64,000 nt of DNA. It comes from the human T2T-CHM13v2.0 reference genome, Homo sapiens. Numbering within the stretch: the first letter of the stretch is position 1; each line of letters begins with the position of its first letter. This document shows, piece by piece, positions 43,215-57,534 of this stretch. The position numbers were made by a program, and so were the translations under genes. Location of the stretch: assembly GCF_009914755.1 (NCBI RefSeq), contig NC_060936.1. One strand, given 5' to 3'. Below the pieces are notes generated by a model. The model was not told where the DNA came from. It saw nothing but the letters and a program-made list of their open reading frames with translations, and did not search any database.

Positions 43215-43722
43215 ACCACTGACAACTCAATTACCATATGCATTGCCTATGGGCTACCTACCACCACGGACTGCCAGAGTTCCAGGCCCAGACAGCCACC
43301 CAGGAGTATGGAGGTAGCAGCAGGATGGGAAAGCCACCTCCCCTTCATACATCACTACTAGGAGTAAATGGACTAGGGGATGTCCTTGTTGCGAGGCAGC
43401 CAACAGCCAATTACGCTTTCTATTGCCTGGGAGATATCTCCCTTGTTCCGGGGCAAGCAAAACTCAACTTACACTGTTGTGTGGTGTGGTTTCACCCTGC
43501 AGAATAAGGAACTTTCCTTCTAGATGGTCTCAGAAATGTTCTCCCTTCACGGAGCCCCAACACACAGGGTGCTACTGGGTTTGAACAGTAGAAGCTCATT
43601 CACACCCCCCCACTTCTAAATTTCCTAATATGAAATCACATTGCCTCAGTACACTGCAGAGCTACTGTGTCACTGGCTACAGCTATAGAGAAATCTTCAG
43701 ATTCATGCAAACGAGTAACAAA

Positions 43723-44314
<592 letters not shown>

Positions 44315-44873
44315 GTAAATTAAGTTTTAAGGGGAAGACAAAGTTTGGAGAATCAAGTAGGGCAAATGTAGGAACACTCTGTTAGCACCTTCTTCATGTA
44401 ACCCTCAGAAAGCCTAAAAGCCCATGTTCTGCCAGGGTACATTCCAGAGCACACTTCAGCCCTTCTGCCCTCTCAAGGTAAAAACCTTTTGTCTTAAAAC
44501 CAGACAAAATCCCAAAATTCACAGTCAAGTAATAAACAGGTGCTATGTAAACATGGCATGGAGACAATAGGCATAGAGCTTTTCAGCCTCAGTAGAAAGC
44601 TTTGCCCATGTGGCAGAACCCACCAAGTACTCCGTCTGCTCTAGATACACAACAATGACCTATAACATGAGGTGGGAAAGAGAAAGAGAAAAAAATTATA
44701 CATGCACACACACACAAATATATAGCCAAGCTAAAAAATAAAGGTAGCATCTCTCTGTAGAGTAGAAATGGAAAAGAAATCCAAAATCCCCTAGCTGCTG
44801 GACTTGAGAAGCAGGTAATGGTGTCCAGGAGTCCAATTTCTATGGAGTAAAAGGTATTAAAAGTCCTCCAAGT

Positions 44874-45038
44874 GGCCGGGCGCAGTAGCTCACGCCTGTA
44901 ATCCCAGCACTTTGGGAAGTCGAGGCAGGAGAATGGCGTGAACCCGGGAGGCGGAGCTTGCAGGGAGCCGAGATTGCGCCACTGTACTCCAGCCTGGGCG
45001 ACAGAGCGAGACTCCGTCTCAAAAAAAAAAAAGAAAAA
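44874..45038 (+). mobile_element. AluY collapsed to a single chimeric monomer
   Basis: Left-arm start fused at gaggc to a right arm with AluY diagnostics (gaatggcgtgaacccgggaggcggagcttgcag); 15-bp TSD aaaagtcctccaagt. Confidence 0.92.
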
Positions 45039-45306
45039 AAAAGTCCTCCAAGTAAGACAAAGGGCAGCGATCAAGCTCACATCTGAAGTCCAATTCCAAA
45101 CCAAGTCACTTCACTTTGTTATACCTTGGTTTCTTCTCTCCGCAGCAAGGGAACTTGCTGAATGGCAAAGCAAAGTGCTTTGAGGCTCTAGTTTAAAAAA
45201 GTCCTGGGAGTGCAGAAATTCATTCCCATCTTTAATTCCTAAGCAATCAGCCAGCCCTGTAGCATGGAATCCACCCACTCATGTAGTTAAATGTGTTTCA
45301 GTGTAG

Positions 45307-45308
<2 letters not shown>

Positions 45309-45342
<34 letters not shown>
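45309..45342 (+). repeat. (CA)17 microsatellite
   Basis: Perfect dinucleotide run. Confidence 0.97.
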
Positions 45343-45346
<4 letters not shown>

Positions 45347-46869
45347 TGAGGAAGGGCCTGCCATCATCTACCCTTTCTGGGTTGTTAGGTTCTGACAGTT
45401 AACCTGAAAGGCTATACTGTGACAGCCAAAGCATGAAATGATAAAGACTGTGGGGCAAAGACTAATTGTCAAGCCCTCCTCCAGCTCAGAAGGTTCATGG
45501 CTTTGGAGGAAATTCACATATATGTGAGTAATTGGTGGTAGGAGCCTGTGTGTTGTGGCAGAAACAGCACCAGCACCAGCCTGGGAACCTGTGATTATAG
45601 GTGCCAACTCCACAGTGGGCTGTTAATTGTCTTTAACTCTGGGCCCTGGCATCCTTGCTGATAACAAAAAGGGTCAGAATCAGGTGACTTTACAGGCAAC
45701 TTTCAAGGTTAGAGTGAAATGCTTCTGAAAACAGTCTGATACACACTGGGGTAGGAAAATACTGACAAGGACTCCAGTTATTACTTTTCTTCTCAGGAGG
45801 TAATAACCACTACAATTTAGATTCTAAGTAATATAAACCAAACACAGAAGCACCAGGATGGGAGAAGCCACCCTTACTACTTCTCTTAAAACATCACAGA
45901 CAAGGAACCTACTATTGAGCAAGGCCCCCAATGTAATTTCACTGTTGTCATCAGTCCCCTTGGAACGCAGAGCTACAAACAAAAAGGCATCTCTGACACT
46001 GTTAAGAGTATTCATGGGATGCCCTGATTCCATTACACACTCTTTCAGCTGAAAGTGATTCGAAACGCAACATTAAACTGCACATTTCCAGAATGGAGGA
46101 GAAAATCTGGTACAAGGTGACAAAGAGAAACCATTCGGAAAACCCTTTTTGACAGTGTATATCAATTTCAAGGCACAGGGAGGAAACATCCATTTTGTTC
46201 AAAAGCATCAGACTTTGTGGATTCTGTTTGGATGCAGCAGAAGTGTTCTTCTCTTTCAAAAGTATTAGAAACGCATTGTTGGGAAAGAAAGCAGGGCAGC
46301 TGAGGGACAAGCCAGGGTTACCTTACCATCGTCAGAGGATGGCTACTCTGTAGATGCTAATTAATGGTATCAAAAAATAGCTGAAAGGAAAAAAGTAAGC
46401 TTAACAGCCTGGAATCAGTTTGGGTGTATTTCTTGTCATTCAATTTTCAGAATGGAAACTACTAAATAAGTCTGCAAATACGATGATTCATTTAACAAGA
46501 CCCCAACTATGCAATTAAGCTCCTAAGCAAAAATATTCACAAATGATGGTCAAGGGAAAAATATTTCAGATCTTTAAGTAGCAGCAAAAATAAGTGACCA
46601 CTCATAGAGCCATAGCTGAGTCCCATGTTCCTTGCTTTCTTCACAACCAGCCCAGTCTGTACTCATACCACCCAGAATAATTTCTCAGTGTCATATTCAG
46701 CCACTTTCTGTAGAAACATCTTAGTCTACCATTTTGCTATACCAGCAACACTCATGAAACCCAGTGCGCCAGCGCAAAATTTTCCAGATCAGCTAAATGC
46801 CTCAGTCATTAATGAAAGGTTTTCAAGGTGCATATCATTTCTCAAAAAAAAAAAAAGAGGTCTATGTGT

Positions 46870-47500
46870 TTGTTTTCTGTTTTTGAATTATAGTCTGCAT
46901 ACCATAAAATATACCCTCTTAAAGTGATACAATTCAGTGTTTTTTGGTACATTCTCAGGGTTGTGCAACCATCACCATTATCCAATTCCAGGACATTTTC
47001 AAAATCTGAAAAAGGACTCCCTATACCCTGTACTTTTTAGTAGCCACTCCCCATCTCTCCTTCGTTCTAAGCCCTTGCAAATACTAATCTACTTTGTCTC
47101 TATGGATTAATCTATTCTGGACATTTAATATGAATGGCATCATACAATACATGGTCTTTATGACTGGTTTCATTTGCTAAACAGATGTTTTCAAGGTTCA
47201 TCCATGTTACAGCATGCATCAATACTTCATTCCTTCTTGTGGCTAAATAATATTCCATCACATGAACACATTTTGTTTATCCATTCATTAGTTGGCAGAC
47301 ATTTGTGTTTCCATTTTTTTTGAAACAGTGAATAATGCTGCTATGAACATTTGTGTACAAGTTTTTGTGTAAATATATGTTTTCAGTTCTCTTGGGCATA
47401 TACCCAGGAGTGAAATTATTGAGCCATATGGTAATCTTAACTTTCTGAAGAACTACCAGTTAGCTTTCCAAAGTGACTGTACAATTTTATATTCCCAATT
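46870..47500 (-). mobile_element. L1M (MB/MC-type) 3' fragment
   Basis: gttgtgcaaccatcacca, tttcaaggttcatccatgtt, aataatgctgctatgaacatttgtgtacaagtttttgtgt. Confidence 0.85.
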
Positions 47501-47979
47501 GGTAGGTTTTAGAACTTTCTCTTAAAGGACTCTAGAGTTCAAACTAGATTCAGATCTGAAAATCTCAGTGATTTCTTATTCAGCACCCTTTTAAAGGCAC
47601 CTTGCTGAAAAAGTTTTGCCTGCATGTTTAGATTTCAATGTGTACATCACACAATGCTTTATTTTTCATCTGCATCAGAGGATATGTATTCTGCTTCTCT
47701 CTAGTGCAGGGTCAATATCTAAAATTCACAATACCGTACGGTTCCCCAGCACAAATGTATACAACCATTTGTTAAGTGCCAAATCAAGCATTTTCTTCCT
47801 CATGGCAAGTAGCCAGACTGGGTGAAGCCACCAAAGGCATTTATTTTTCTCTCTACTGCAGTCTATTTATGAGTAGGACGAACTTTTCTCTTCTTTTTAA
47901 AGATGACTGTTGACTACAATGGCTCACTATTTGTGTGCCAAGACAGGTAGGACTTGCAGAGCCCAGGAAGCAATTTCTT

Positions 47980-48400
47980 CACTAATACCCTGCATTGGTC
48001 ACACCCTTGTTTGATTTGTGTCTGATTCGGACCTCTTTACTTAAAAAACAGCAATGTGACGGAACAACTGAGCAGGGTCCCAAGAAGAGGAGTAAACACA
48101 ATTCAAGGGGTGGAAAATAGAAGCTTTGAAGAGGCTAAAGGAAAAGTGGTATTTTAGCCTGAGGGAAAGAATGAGGAACAATCTCATCACACTCGCCTTC
48201 ACGCATTTAAAATGGGTTTATTCAGAGAACAGTGGGTGACCAGTTCTTCATGCTCAGAGTGAAACAGACAGGAGGAAATCACATCAAATCAGTAAAATTC
48301 TATGGTTGGAAAAGGGAAAATAATTTCTTGATCTTCACATTATACATCTGACGAAAGCTCATGGATCTCCATCCCTGGAATTCTTTAAAAAGATGTAAAG
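47980..48400 (+). mobile_element. L3/CR1 3' fragment
   Basis: ctgcattggtc, tttgaagaggctaaaggaa...tttagcctgag, ctccatccctggaattctttaa. Confidence 0.6.
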
Positions 48401-51067
48401 GAGCTTTGTCTATATTTGCCTGCCAAGAATCTTGAGGCGTCCTTCACTGTAATTTCTTTATGGTGCTATAAATCAGGAACTACGTCTGCTACATGAGGGC
48501 AAAACCAGACCCATAAACAATGAGATCTAGACTGTATAATGTACTGAGAATGTCTTGCAGTGTGCACTGTGGAAGTAAACAGGACCTCTTCTTTGCTACA
48601 TGCTCCTGTTCAAAATAAGTTATATTACTTCATGTGGCAGGGCAGGGAGGCTCATCTGTGGTTCATGGTTAGGTTATATGGGCTAGATGCTGCACACCAG
48701 CCCTACCTGTAAGGCCTCTCTGGCTCTGCCTGGTAACAGTTACCCGGTGTCAGTTCCTTACAAGCAAAGGCCTGGGAAGCCCATCTCTCATTCGTTGAAC
48801 ATAACCCATTAAGTTGGGTTTGGGAGCTGGCTGTGGTGAAATGAAAAGTAATCAAAGTTTGCAGTCCAAAGTCAATTTCAAGCTATGAATTAAGTATACT
48901 GGGAAAGTGAGTTAGCCACTCTGAGAATCAATTTTCCCCACTTGATAAATACCACTTTCTTCAGACTAAATGAGTATATGTATGAAGGGACTTTATAGAT
49001 TATTAGTGATGCTGAATGAATAAATTAAACTCACATATAAGAGTCAGTAGAATAGTAATTTACTTGGAACTTCGTTATTTTTGTGTAATGATAAATGTCT
49101 ACAAATGGGATCTTAAGGAACTGTATGAAAGAAAAAAAAATTTTGTGACCTCACTTAGGCTTTAAGAATAAAGTGGTTATCTCACATTTTATCATTAAAT
49201 AAAAATTTAACATTTTGAAGATTTCTCATTGTCATTTCCATTCATGTGTTCAGATCCCCCCAACATTCCACAGAAAAGAAGGAAGATTGACAGGGGGATT
49301 GGGGGCATTCTTGCTTCTCTTGCTCAATAGCTTTGAAACCTCACTCTGTTCATTAATATTAGAGTCTCCTTAACATTTTTCCAAGCATATCCATAATTTT
49401 TAATTTTATTGTGACAAAGAGATACATATAAAGGAGTCCCATGCCAAATCCCCTTTTCCTGCAAAAATTCTACTCAACCCATAATTTATCCAAGGCTCTT
49501 ACAACTGTCCAAGTAAAAAATGAGTCTGAACTATGTCTGTGGAAACAGAAAATTCTTAGAGATAACATACATAATTTAAAAAAATTATGTGGGAATTAAA
49601 GGAGAAGAAAATGCCTGCAAATCTGCTGAGGTTCCCAGCTTGGACAACGAAGGACGATGATGCTATTAACACAGGAGAGACGAGCAGAAGAGTTGGTCTG
49701 GAGAAGACACTGCATTTTGGGCATTTGAATTTGGGGCATATGTGTGATGTCAGGTGGAGGGGCTGGTGAAGACACAGTTGGAAATGTGGGAGTGGTGCTC
49801 AGGAATGAGGTCAGGGCTAAAAAAGATTTGTGAATAGTCATGTCTATATGCTAGCTAAATTATAAAATTGAAACAAGTGTTCTAGGGAATGCATACAGAA
49901 AAAGGGGAGAAAAACAAAGCCGAGAACTGAACTAACATATTAAGTGAAAACACAGAAAAATAGGTCTGTTCTCTCATCTACCTTCTAACCTCAGCTGCCT
50001 GGCAAACTCCTCTTCACTGAATAAATCAGTTAATTTAGGTTGGCCTCTACAACATTTCCTATGGAACCCACTTCTGAATGAAAACAGGGGACGACCAAAT
50101 GAAGATTCCTCATGCTCGAAAGAGTTCAGGAAACACTCTTCTTTGTCACAGGACTTTTCTGAATCTTTAATATACTCACGTGGATTGTTGTTCTCCAAAA
50201 CCAGGTTCCTTTGTAACAATGCCCAAATCTAACTAAGGGATGAACATCTAACATCTTTCCACCTTTCTACCATGTGTGGGTCAGATTCAGGGACGGAAGC
50301 ATTTGACTGAGCTATAGCTTAGGGATACAGTGGGCTTCACTCTTGCATCCTCACCCCCTACTCTTGAAGCCTTGTTGGATGTAAAATCGGAACTGTTCTG
50401 TTCCCTCTTGGAAAAAGGCCATGACAGACCATCTCTCTCTGCTTCCATTTTCTTTTTTGAGATGCACAGGCAGAGATAAAGAGGCTGAGACTGGTGGGGG
50501 CTTGCCTGGGAGAATGCCAGGTTCTCTCCCCCTCTCTCTGGCTTTCTCCATTCTGGTTATTCTCTTAAATAGTTTTCCAGATAAGGGGGATCAGGGCGGG
50601 CTCCCACTAACCTCATTTCCACTAGTTCTGCCTTGGAGCTTGGGCTTTCTTGTTCTGATTCTTACTTGATTTTTGTTTTTGCTGCTTCTCTGGAATAACC
50701 TTCCCTCATCACCAGGATTAGAAGTATTATTTTCCCTCTCACATTGAGAAGGTGGAGAAAAACCACAGGAAAAACTAAGTCTCCAAAACAGATAAAAATA
50801 TTACAGAAGAGAATCTTGCTGCAATAAAAGGGATCAAATCCTCTGACTTCAATGGATTATATTTTAGGGCCCCAAAAGTCCTCAAAAATGAGGCTGTCAC
50901 AGTACTGTTAGGGATCTGGAAGGAAGGGCATTGAAGAAGAGATGTGGCTGTGGCCAAAGATTAGAGATAGGCAAATCAGGTATAATTTTTTTTAACATAG
51001 AAGACTATGGATTCTGCACTGTGAGAAGGAGAGAGTTGGTATCCAGTCTTGATAAGATTCTAGAGTA

Positions 51068-51360
<293 letters not shown>

Positions 51361-51925
51361 TCATGAAAGGAAGCCTTATGAGGGCTAGTGAAAGAAAGCA
51401 GCAGTCACTGGTGGTCTACCTGGGTTCCTTAAGAGAGTAAGTCACCTCATTCCCAATGCTTCTCTCCCAAACCCCTTCCTTGTCCAGCTAAAAGAAATGT
51501 TAAGCCATAGTCTTTACTTGGACTTTAGAAATCAACAGTCTTTCATGATCTTTTGGTTGACAGTGAAGAGGAAGGGTTAGCACAAGTAAAAATAAACAAA
51601 TTAAAAACAGTCGAAATGTAACAAAATGGAAGGGTTTCCATCCATGAGACACTTGTTGTGATTCAGCTCTGTGGCATGGCTGTCGGGAGAGTGAGGGTAG
51701 GTTTTAAGGATGTTATCTTTACAAGATGGGTGGCCTTCAGCTCTCTACCACGCAGGTCAATTCAGTTCTGAGAGATGCCACATGTGAACAGGGAAATCAC
51801 ACAAGAACAGGCCAAGGAGCGACCTGGATGATGAGAGGCTCAAGCCAGTGATCGTCTTTGGATGGTAAGAATATCATGTCTTTCTTTTCTTAATCTTATT
51901 TGTATATTTAAATTGTACATAAGTA

Positions 51926-53216
<1,291 letters not shown>

Positions 53217-55543
53217 AAATTGTACATAAGTAACATATACTGCATATGTAATCACAGTTTTTTTAAACAAATGTTTCATGAAGGAAACATGTACATGAAC
53301 GTATTTTGTATATTTATAAATATACAAAATAAATTCCTGAGGGAGGAGAGTCATCATCTACAAAGAGGTGGTCCAGGCCAGGGAATACTAAGACTCAGGT
53401 GAGCTGGTGACATTTGGGAATGTGGTCCTGAAAAGGTGAAGAGTACTTACTGAGAAATACAAGGAAAAAGTAGGGGAGGGGAAAAGAAGGAGGGCACTGA
53501 ATCTCGGAGGAGCCAATTGAACGGCCGAAGATGACGGCACGTGAAAGCCTAAAGAACTGTGGGAGCAGCCTCTATAGTAAGCTGCAGAGATGAGAGGGAA
53601 AGAGAAAGCAGGATATCTAACCAGGAACCAGTTGGACCTAGGAAAGCTGACTTGAGAGGCACCTGTGATGTCAGCAAAGATTTAACCAAAGCCAAAGACA
53701 GCATCTCCAAGGGCTCAAAGGGGAAAACTCTCCTTCCAGAGTTCACAAGGGACACTCAATGCTATGACTGGTCCAGCTGGAAAATGAGGTTGGGGAAAGG
53801 GTGGATGACCAGAAAATGGCACCCCCAATGATGAGACTCTGCAGACAGAAACCCATGGCCAAAGAGGCACTGAGAGGCACTGTTTGGTCCTCGTGAGAAG
53901 CCTCAGTGGGTTGGCTTTTATCCCCATACTCCCTCATGCTCTCGTAGGGCTGGGTTATGAATCTGAATTATCTGAGTGTAGACAGTAGGGAACAGGAAAG
54001 GAGGAAGAACATCATGGATAAAATCAGGAGTGTGATTTTTGATAGATAAACTGTTTCCTGTTTTTGCTGGGATTAGTTATGCCAAAAGTGGAAACTCAGC
54101 TTCCTGAGACACCTCCCATTTCAACACAAGAAATAGGAGAAATATTTATACCATGGCCTAGTAAGGCTGAAAAAATCTTCAGGTGTGTAAAAAATATTTT
54201 AAGTTCTAGAGAAACTATTATAGTTGCTTAGGGTTTAACTTCTTTCTCAAACTGTAAAATGAAAATAGACCAGTTCACCCTTAGATCACAGGAATGAATA
54301 AAATCAATGAAGAGATAAATTCACTAGAAGAAAACACACTCTAGTAAATTCACCAGAAATGTACCATCATAGATCTACTATTTTCAAGTGTCTTTCTTGG
54401 GGCAAGTTTCAAGTTGTAAGGTTGTCTTTACAATAGAATTATTGAAAGGCACTTCCTACCATAACACCACTCCAGAAAACACTCGGAAGCAGCTCTATCA
54501 TTTAAGACCCATGTTTCTGTGTCCCAATTTCTATGGACTTATCCAAATTTACAATTTCAAATGTTTAGCATCAGTCAGTAAGTCACACACTCCACAGAAC
54601 AAGAGGCTCTTAGAACACAATTATTATCTTATTCCCATTGGCTGGTCTCATTCACAACCACCTCTCAAAGAAGAAAAGCAGATGGAGGCTTCCCACATGC
54701 AACCCTTTATGGCTCCAGCCTGGTGCAATTTAGGAGTGAGGTTTAGAAGGAATTAGAAAGCGCAGTAATAGAGACAGTCATTGTAATTTGAAACATGAAT
54801 TTGCTGTTCAAAAGGCTAAACTGGAGTGCTTAAAGCTAAGTGCTTAAAACTACCCCAGAACCCTAAAGTAATGTACCATAATTACAATTACTTTCCTTCA
54901 ATAATAGATTTAAAAAGTTAATACTTTCTTGTGTTTGGCTGGAATCACTCAGTCATCCATTGTAGTTGTGAGATCTCTTTCTTGGAAATCAACATCTTCA
55001 TTTGGTTTCCACATGAATAATTCTTGGAAGCTACAAAGTCTTTGAAGGGTATTTATTTTTGCCTTGAGGTCTGGTGGCCTCAAAGTTCACATGAACCTCA
55101 CAGATGCAAACTATCTCAGCATGATTCATCTATGCCTATAGCGTTCTCACCAAAGGGAGGTCCCTGCCTGTGTGGGGTTTCCATATTTATACTGCTTTGT
55201 GTGTTTATTTGTAGTTAAAATTGTTTTCACAAGTCAAATAAATTTAAAGATGACCTACAATGCACATGCATGAGAAATTAAGCCAAAACTCAGATTCTTG
55301 ACTGAATCACTGTTTGTTTTATCTTGGTGGTGGGACATGTGCTTTGCCTAAACTTCAAACTTCTTATCCTTCTGCCTCCATAATTGCAATCATCTCACTC
55401 TCCACACTGGCTACATTTTATTTAAACCTTCCAACTGTGGAGGAAAAAAAAGGAGCATCTAACCCAAGACAGGTGTCACCTAGACAGGAACTATCTGAGA
55501 GCTAAGAGAATTTCTTTTCTCCATGAAATGCTGTGGTGGTTAG

Positions 55544-55975
55544 TGTCAGGCCTCTGAGCCCAAGCTAAGCCATCATATTCCCTGTGACCTGCACTTTTAC
55601 ATCCAGATGGCCTGAAGCAACTGAAGATCCACAAAAGAAGTGAAAATAGCCTTAACTGATGACATTCCACCATTGTGATTTGTTTCTGCCCCACCCTAAC
55701 CGATCAATGTACTTTGTAATCTCCCCCACCCTTAAGAAGGTTCTTTGTAATTCTCCCTACCCTTGAGAATATACTTTGTGAGATCCACCCACTGCCCGCA
55801 AAACATTGCTCCTAACTCCACTGCCTATCCCAAAACCTTTAAGAACTAACGATAATCCACCACCCTTTGCTGACTCTCTTTTCGGACTCAGCCCGCCTGC
55901 ACCCAGGTGAAATAAACAGCCATGTTGCTCACACAAAGCCTGTTTGGTGGTCTCTTCACACGAACACGTGAGACA
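55544..55975 (+). mobile_element. HERV-H 5' LTR, type II (LTR7B-like)
   Basis: Begins tgtcaggcctctgagcccaagc, has type-II repeats (tactttgtaatctcccccaccctt), AATAAA, and ends ...gtgagaca directly before a PBS. Confidence 0.93.
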
Positions 55976-57534
55976 TTTGGTGCCGAAGACTCGGGTAAGT
56001 GGGACTCCTTCGGGAGACCAGTCCCCTGTCCTCACCTCACTCTCACTCCATGAAGAGATCCACCTATGACATCAGGTCCTCAGACCAACCAGCCCAATGA
56101 ACATCTCACTGATTTTAAATCGGGTAAGCGGTCTATTTTTACTCTCTTCTCCAACCTCTCTCACTATCCCTCAACCTCTTTCTCCTTTCAATCTTGGCAC
56201 CACCCTTCAATCTCTCCCTTCTCTTAAGTTCAATTCCTTTCATTATCTGGTAGAGACAAAGGAGACACATTTTATCCGTGGACCCAAAATTCTGGCACTG
56301 GTCACGGACTCGGGAAGACAGCCTTCCCTTGGTGATTAATCATTGCGGGGACGCCTGCCTGATTATTCACCCACGTTTCAGAGGTGTCTGACCACTCGGG
56401 GATGCCTGCCTTGGTCTTTCACCCTTAGCAGCAAGCACCGCTTTTCTGGGGGGCAAGCACCCCTGACTCCTTCTCTCCGTGTCTCTACCCCTTCTCCACT
56501 TTCCTGGGGGGCAAGCACCTCCCACTCCTTTTCCACTTTCCTGGGGGGTAAGCACCTCCCACCCCATTTCCACTTTCCTGGGGGGCAAGCACCTCCCACC
56601 CTGTTTCCACTTTCCTGGGGGGCAAGCATCTCCCACCCTGTTTCCACTTTCCTGGGGGGCAAGCACCTCTCACCCCTTCTTCACTTTCCTGGGGGGCAAG
56701 CACCCCCCATCCCTTCTCTCCATGTCTCTACCCTTCTCTTTAAACTTGCCTCCTTCACTATGGGCAACCTTCCACCCTCCATTCTTCCTTCTTCTCCCTT
56801 AGCCTGTGTTCTCAAGAACTTAAAACCTCTTCAACTCTAGCCTGACCTAAAATCTAAGCATCTTATTTTCTTCTGCAATACTGTTTGGCCCCAGTACAAA
56901 CTCGACAATGGTTCTAAATAGCCAGAAAATGGCACTTTTGATTTCTCTGTTTTACAAGATCTAGATAATTTTTGTCGAAAAATGGGCAAATGGTCTGAGG
57001 TGCCTGACGTCCAGGCATTCTTTTACACATTGGTTCCTCCCTAGTCTCTGCTCCCAGTGAGACTCGTCCCAAATCTTTCTTCTTTCCCTCCCACCTGTCC
57101 CTTCAGTCCCAACCCCAAGTGTCACTGAGTCTTGTGAATCTTCCCTTTCTACTAACCCATCTGACCTCTCACCTCCTCCCCAGACTGCTCCTCCTCAGGT
57201 CACTCCCTGCCAGGTTGAATCAGGCTCCAACTCTTCTTCAGCCTTTGCTCCCCCACCCTATAACCCTTCTATTACCTCCCCTCACACCCAGTCTGGTTTA
57301 CAGTTTCATTCTGCAACTAGCTCTCCCCCACCTGCTCAACAATTTCCGCTTAGAGAGGTGGCTGGAGCTGAAGGCATAGTCAGGGTACATGTGCCTTTTT
57401 CTCTATCAGACCTTTCCCAAATCAGCCAGTGTTTAGGCTCTTTCTCATCAGACCCCACTAAATATATACAGGAATTCCAATATCTAACTCTGTCCTACAA
57501 TTTAACCTGGAGCGACTTAAATGTCATCCTAATA
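55976..57534 (+). mobile_element. HERV-H internal region (PBS, leader, disrupted gag), truncated within capsid
   Basis: PBS tggtgccgaagactcggg at 55978-55995; splice donor aatcgg|gtaagc (GT at 56124); gag start MGNLPPSILPSSPLACVLKNLKPLQL* at 56760-56840; PPPY late motif at 57250-57261; CA fragment VRVHVPFSLSDLSQISQCLGSFSSDPTKYIQEFQYLTLSYNLTWSDL. No pro, pol, env or 3' LTR. Confidence 0.92.
56496..56717 (+). repeat. 37-bp tandem repeat, about 6 copies, in the HERV-H leader
   Basis: Unit ccactttcctggggggcaagcacctcccaccctgttt starts at 56496, 56533, 56570, 56607, 56644 and 56681. Confidence 0.93.

Noticed and set aside
46315-46345. Strong minus-strand donor-like site (GATG|gtaagg)
   Set aside because: No convincing upstream acceptor and no PPM1H-like coding sequence.
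56343-56840. Long overlapping repetitive ORFs on both strands; superficial CRISPR-like periodicity
   Set aside because: Produced by the 37-bp tandem repeat in the HERV-H leader; no unique spacers; primate DNA.
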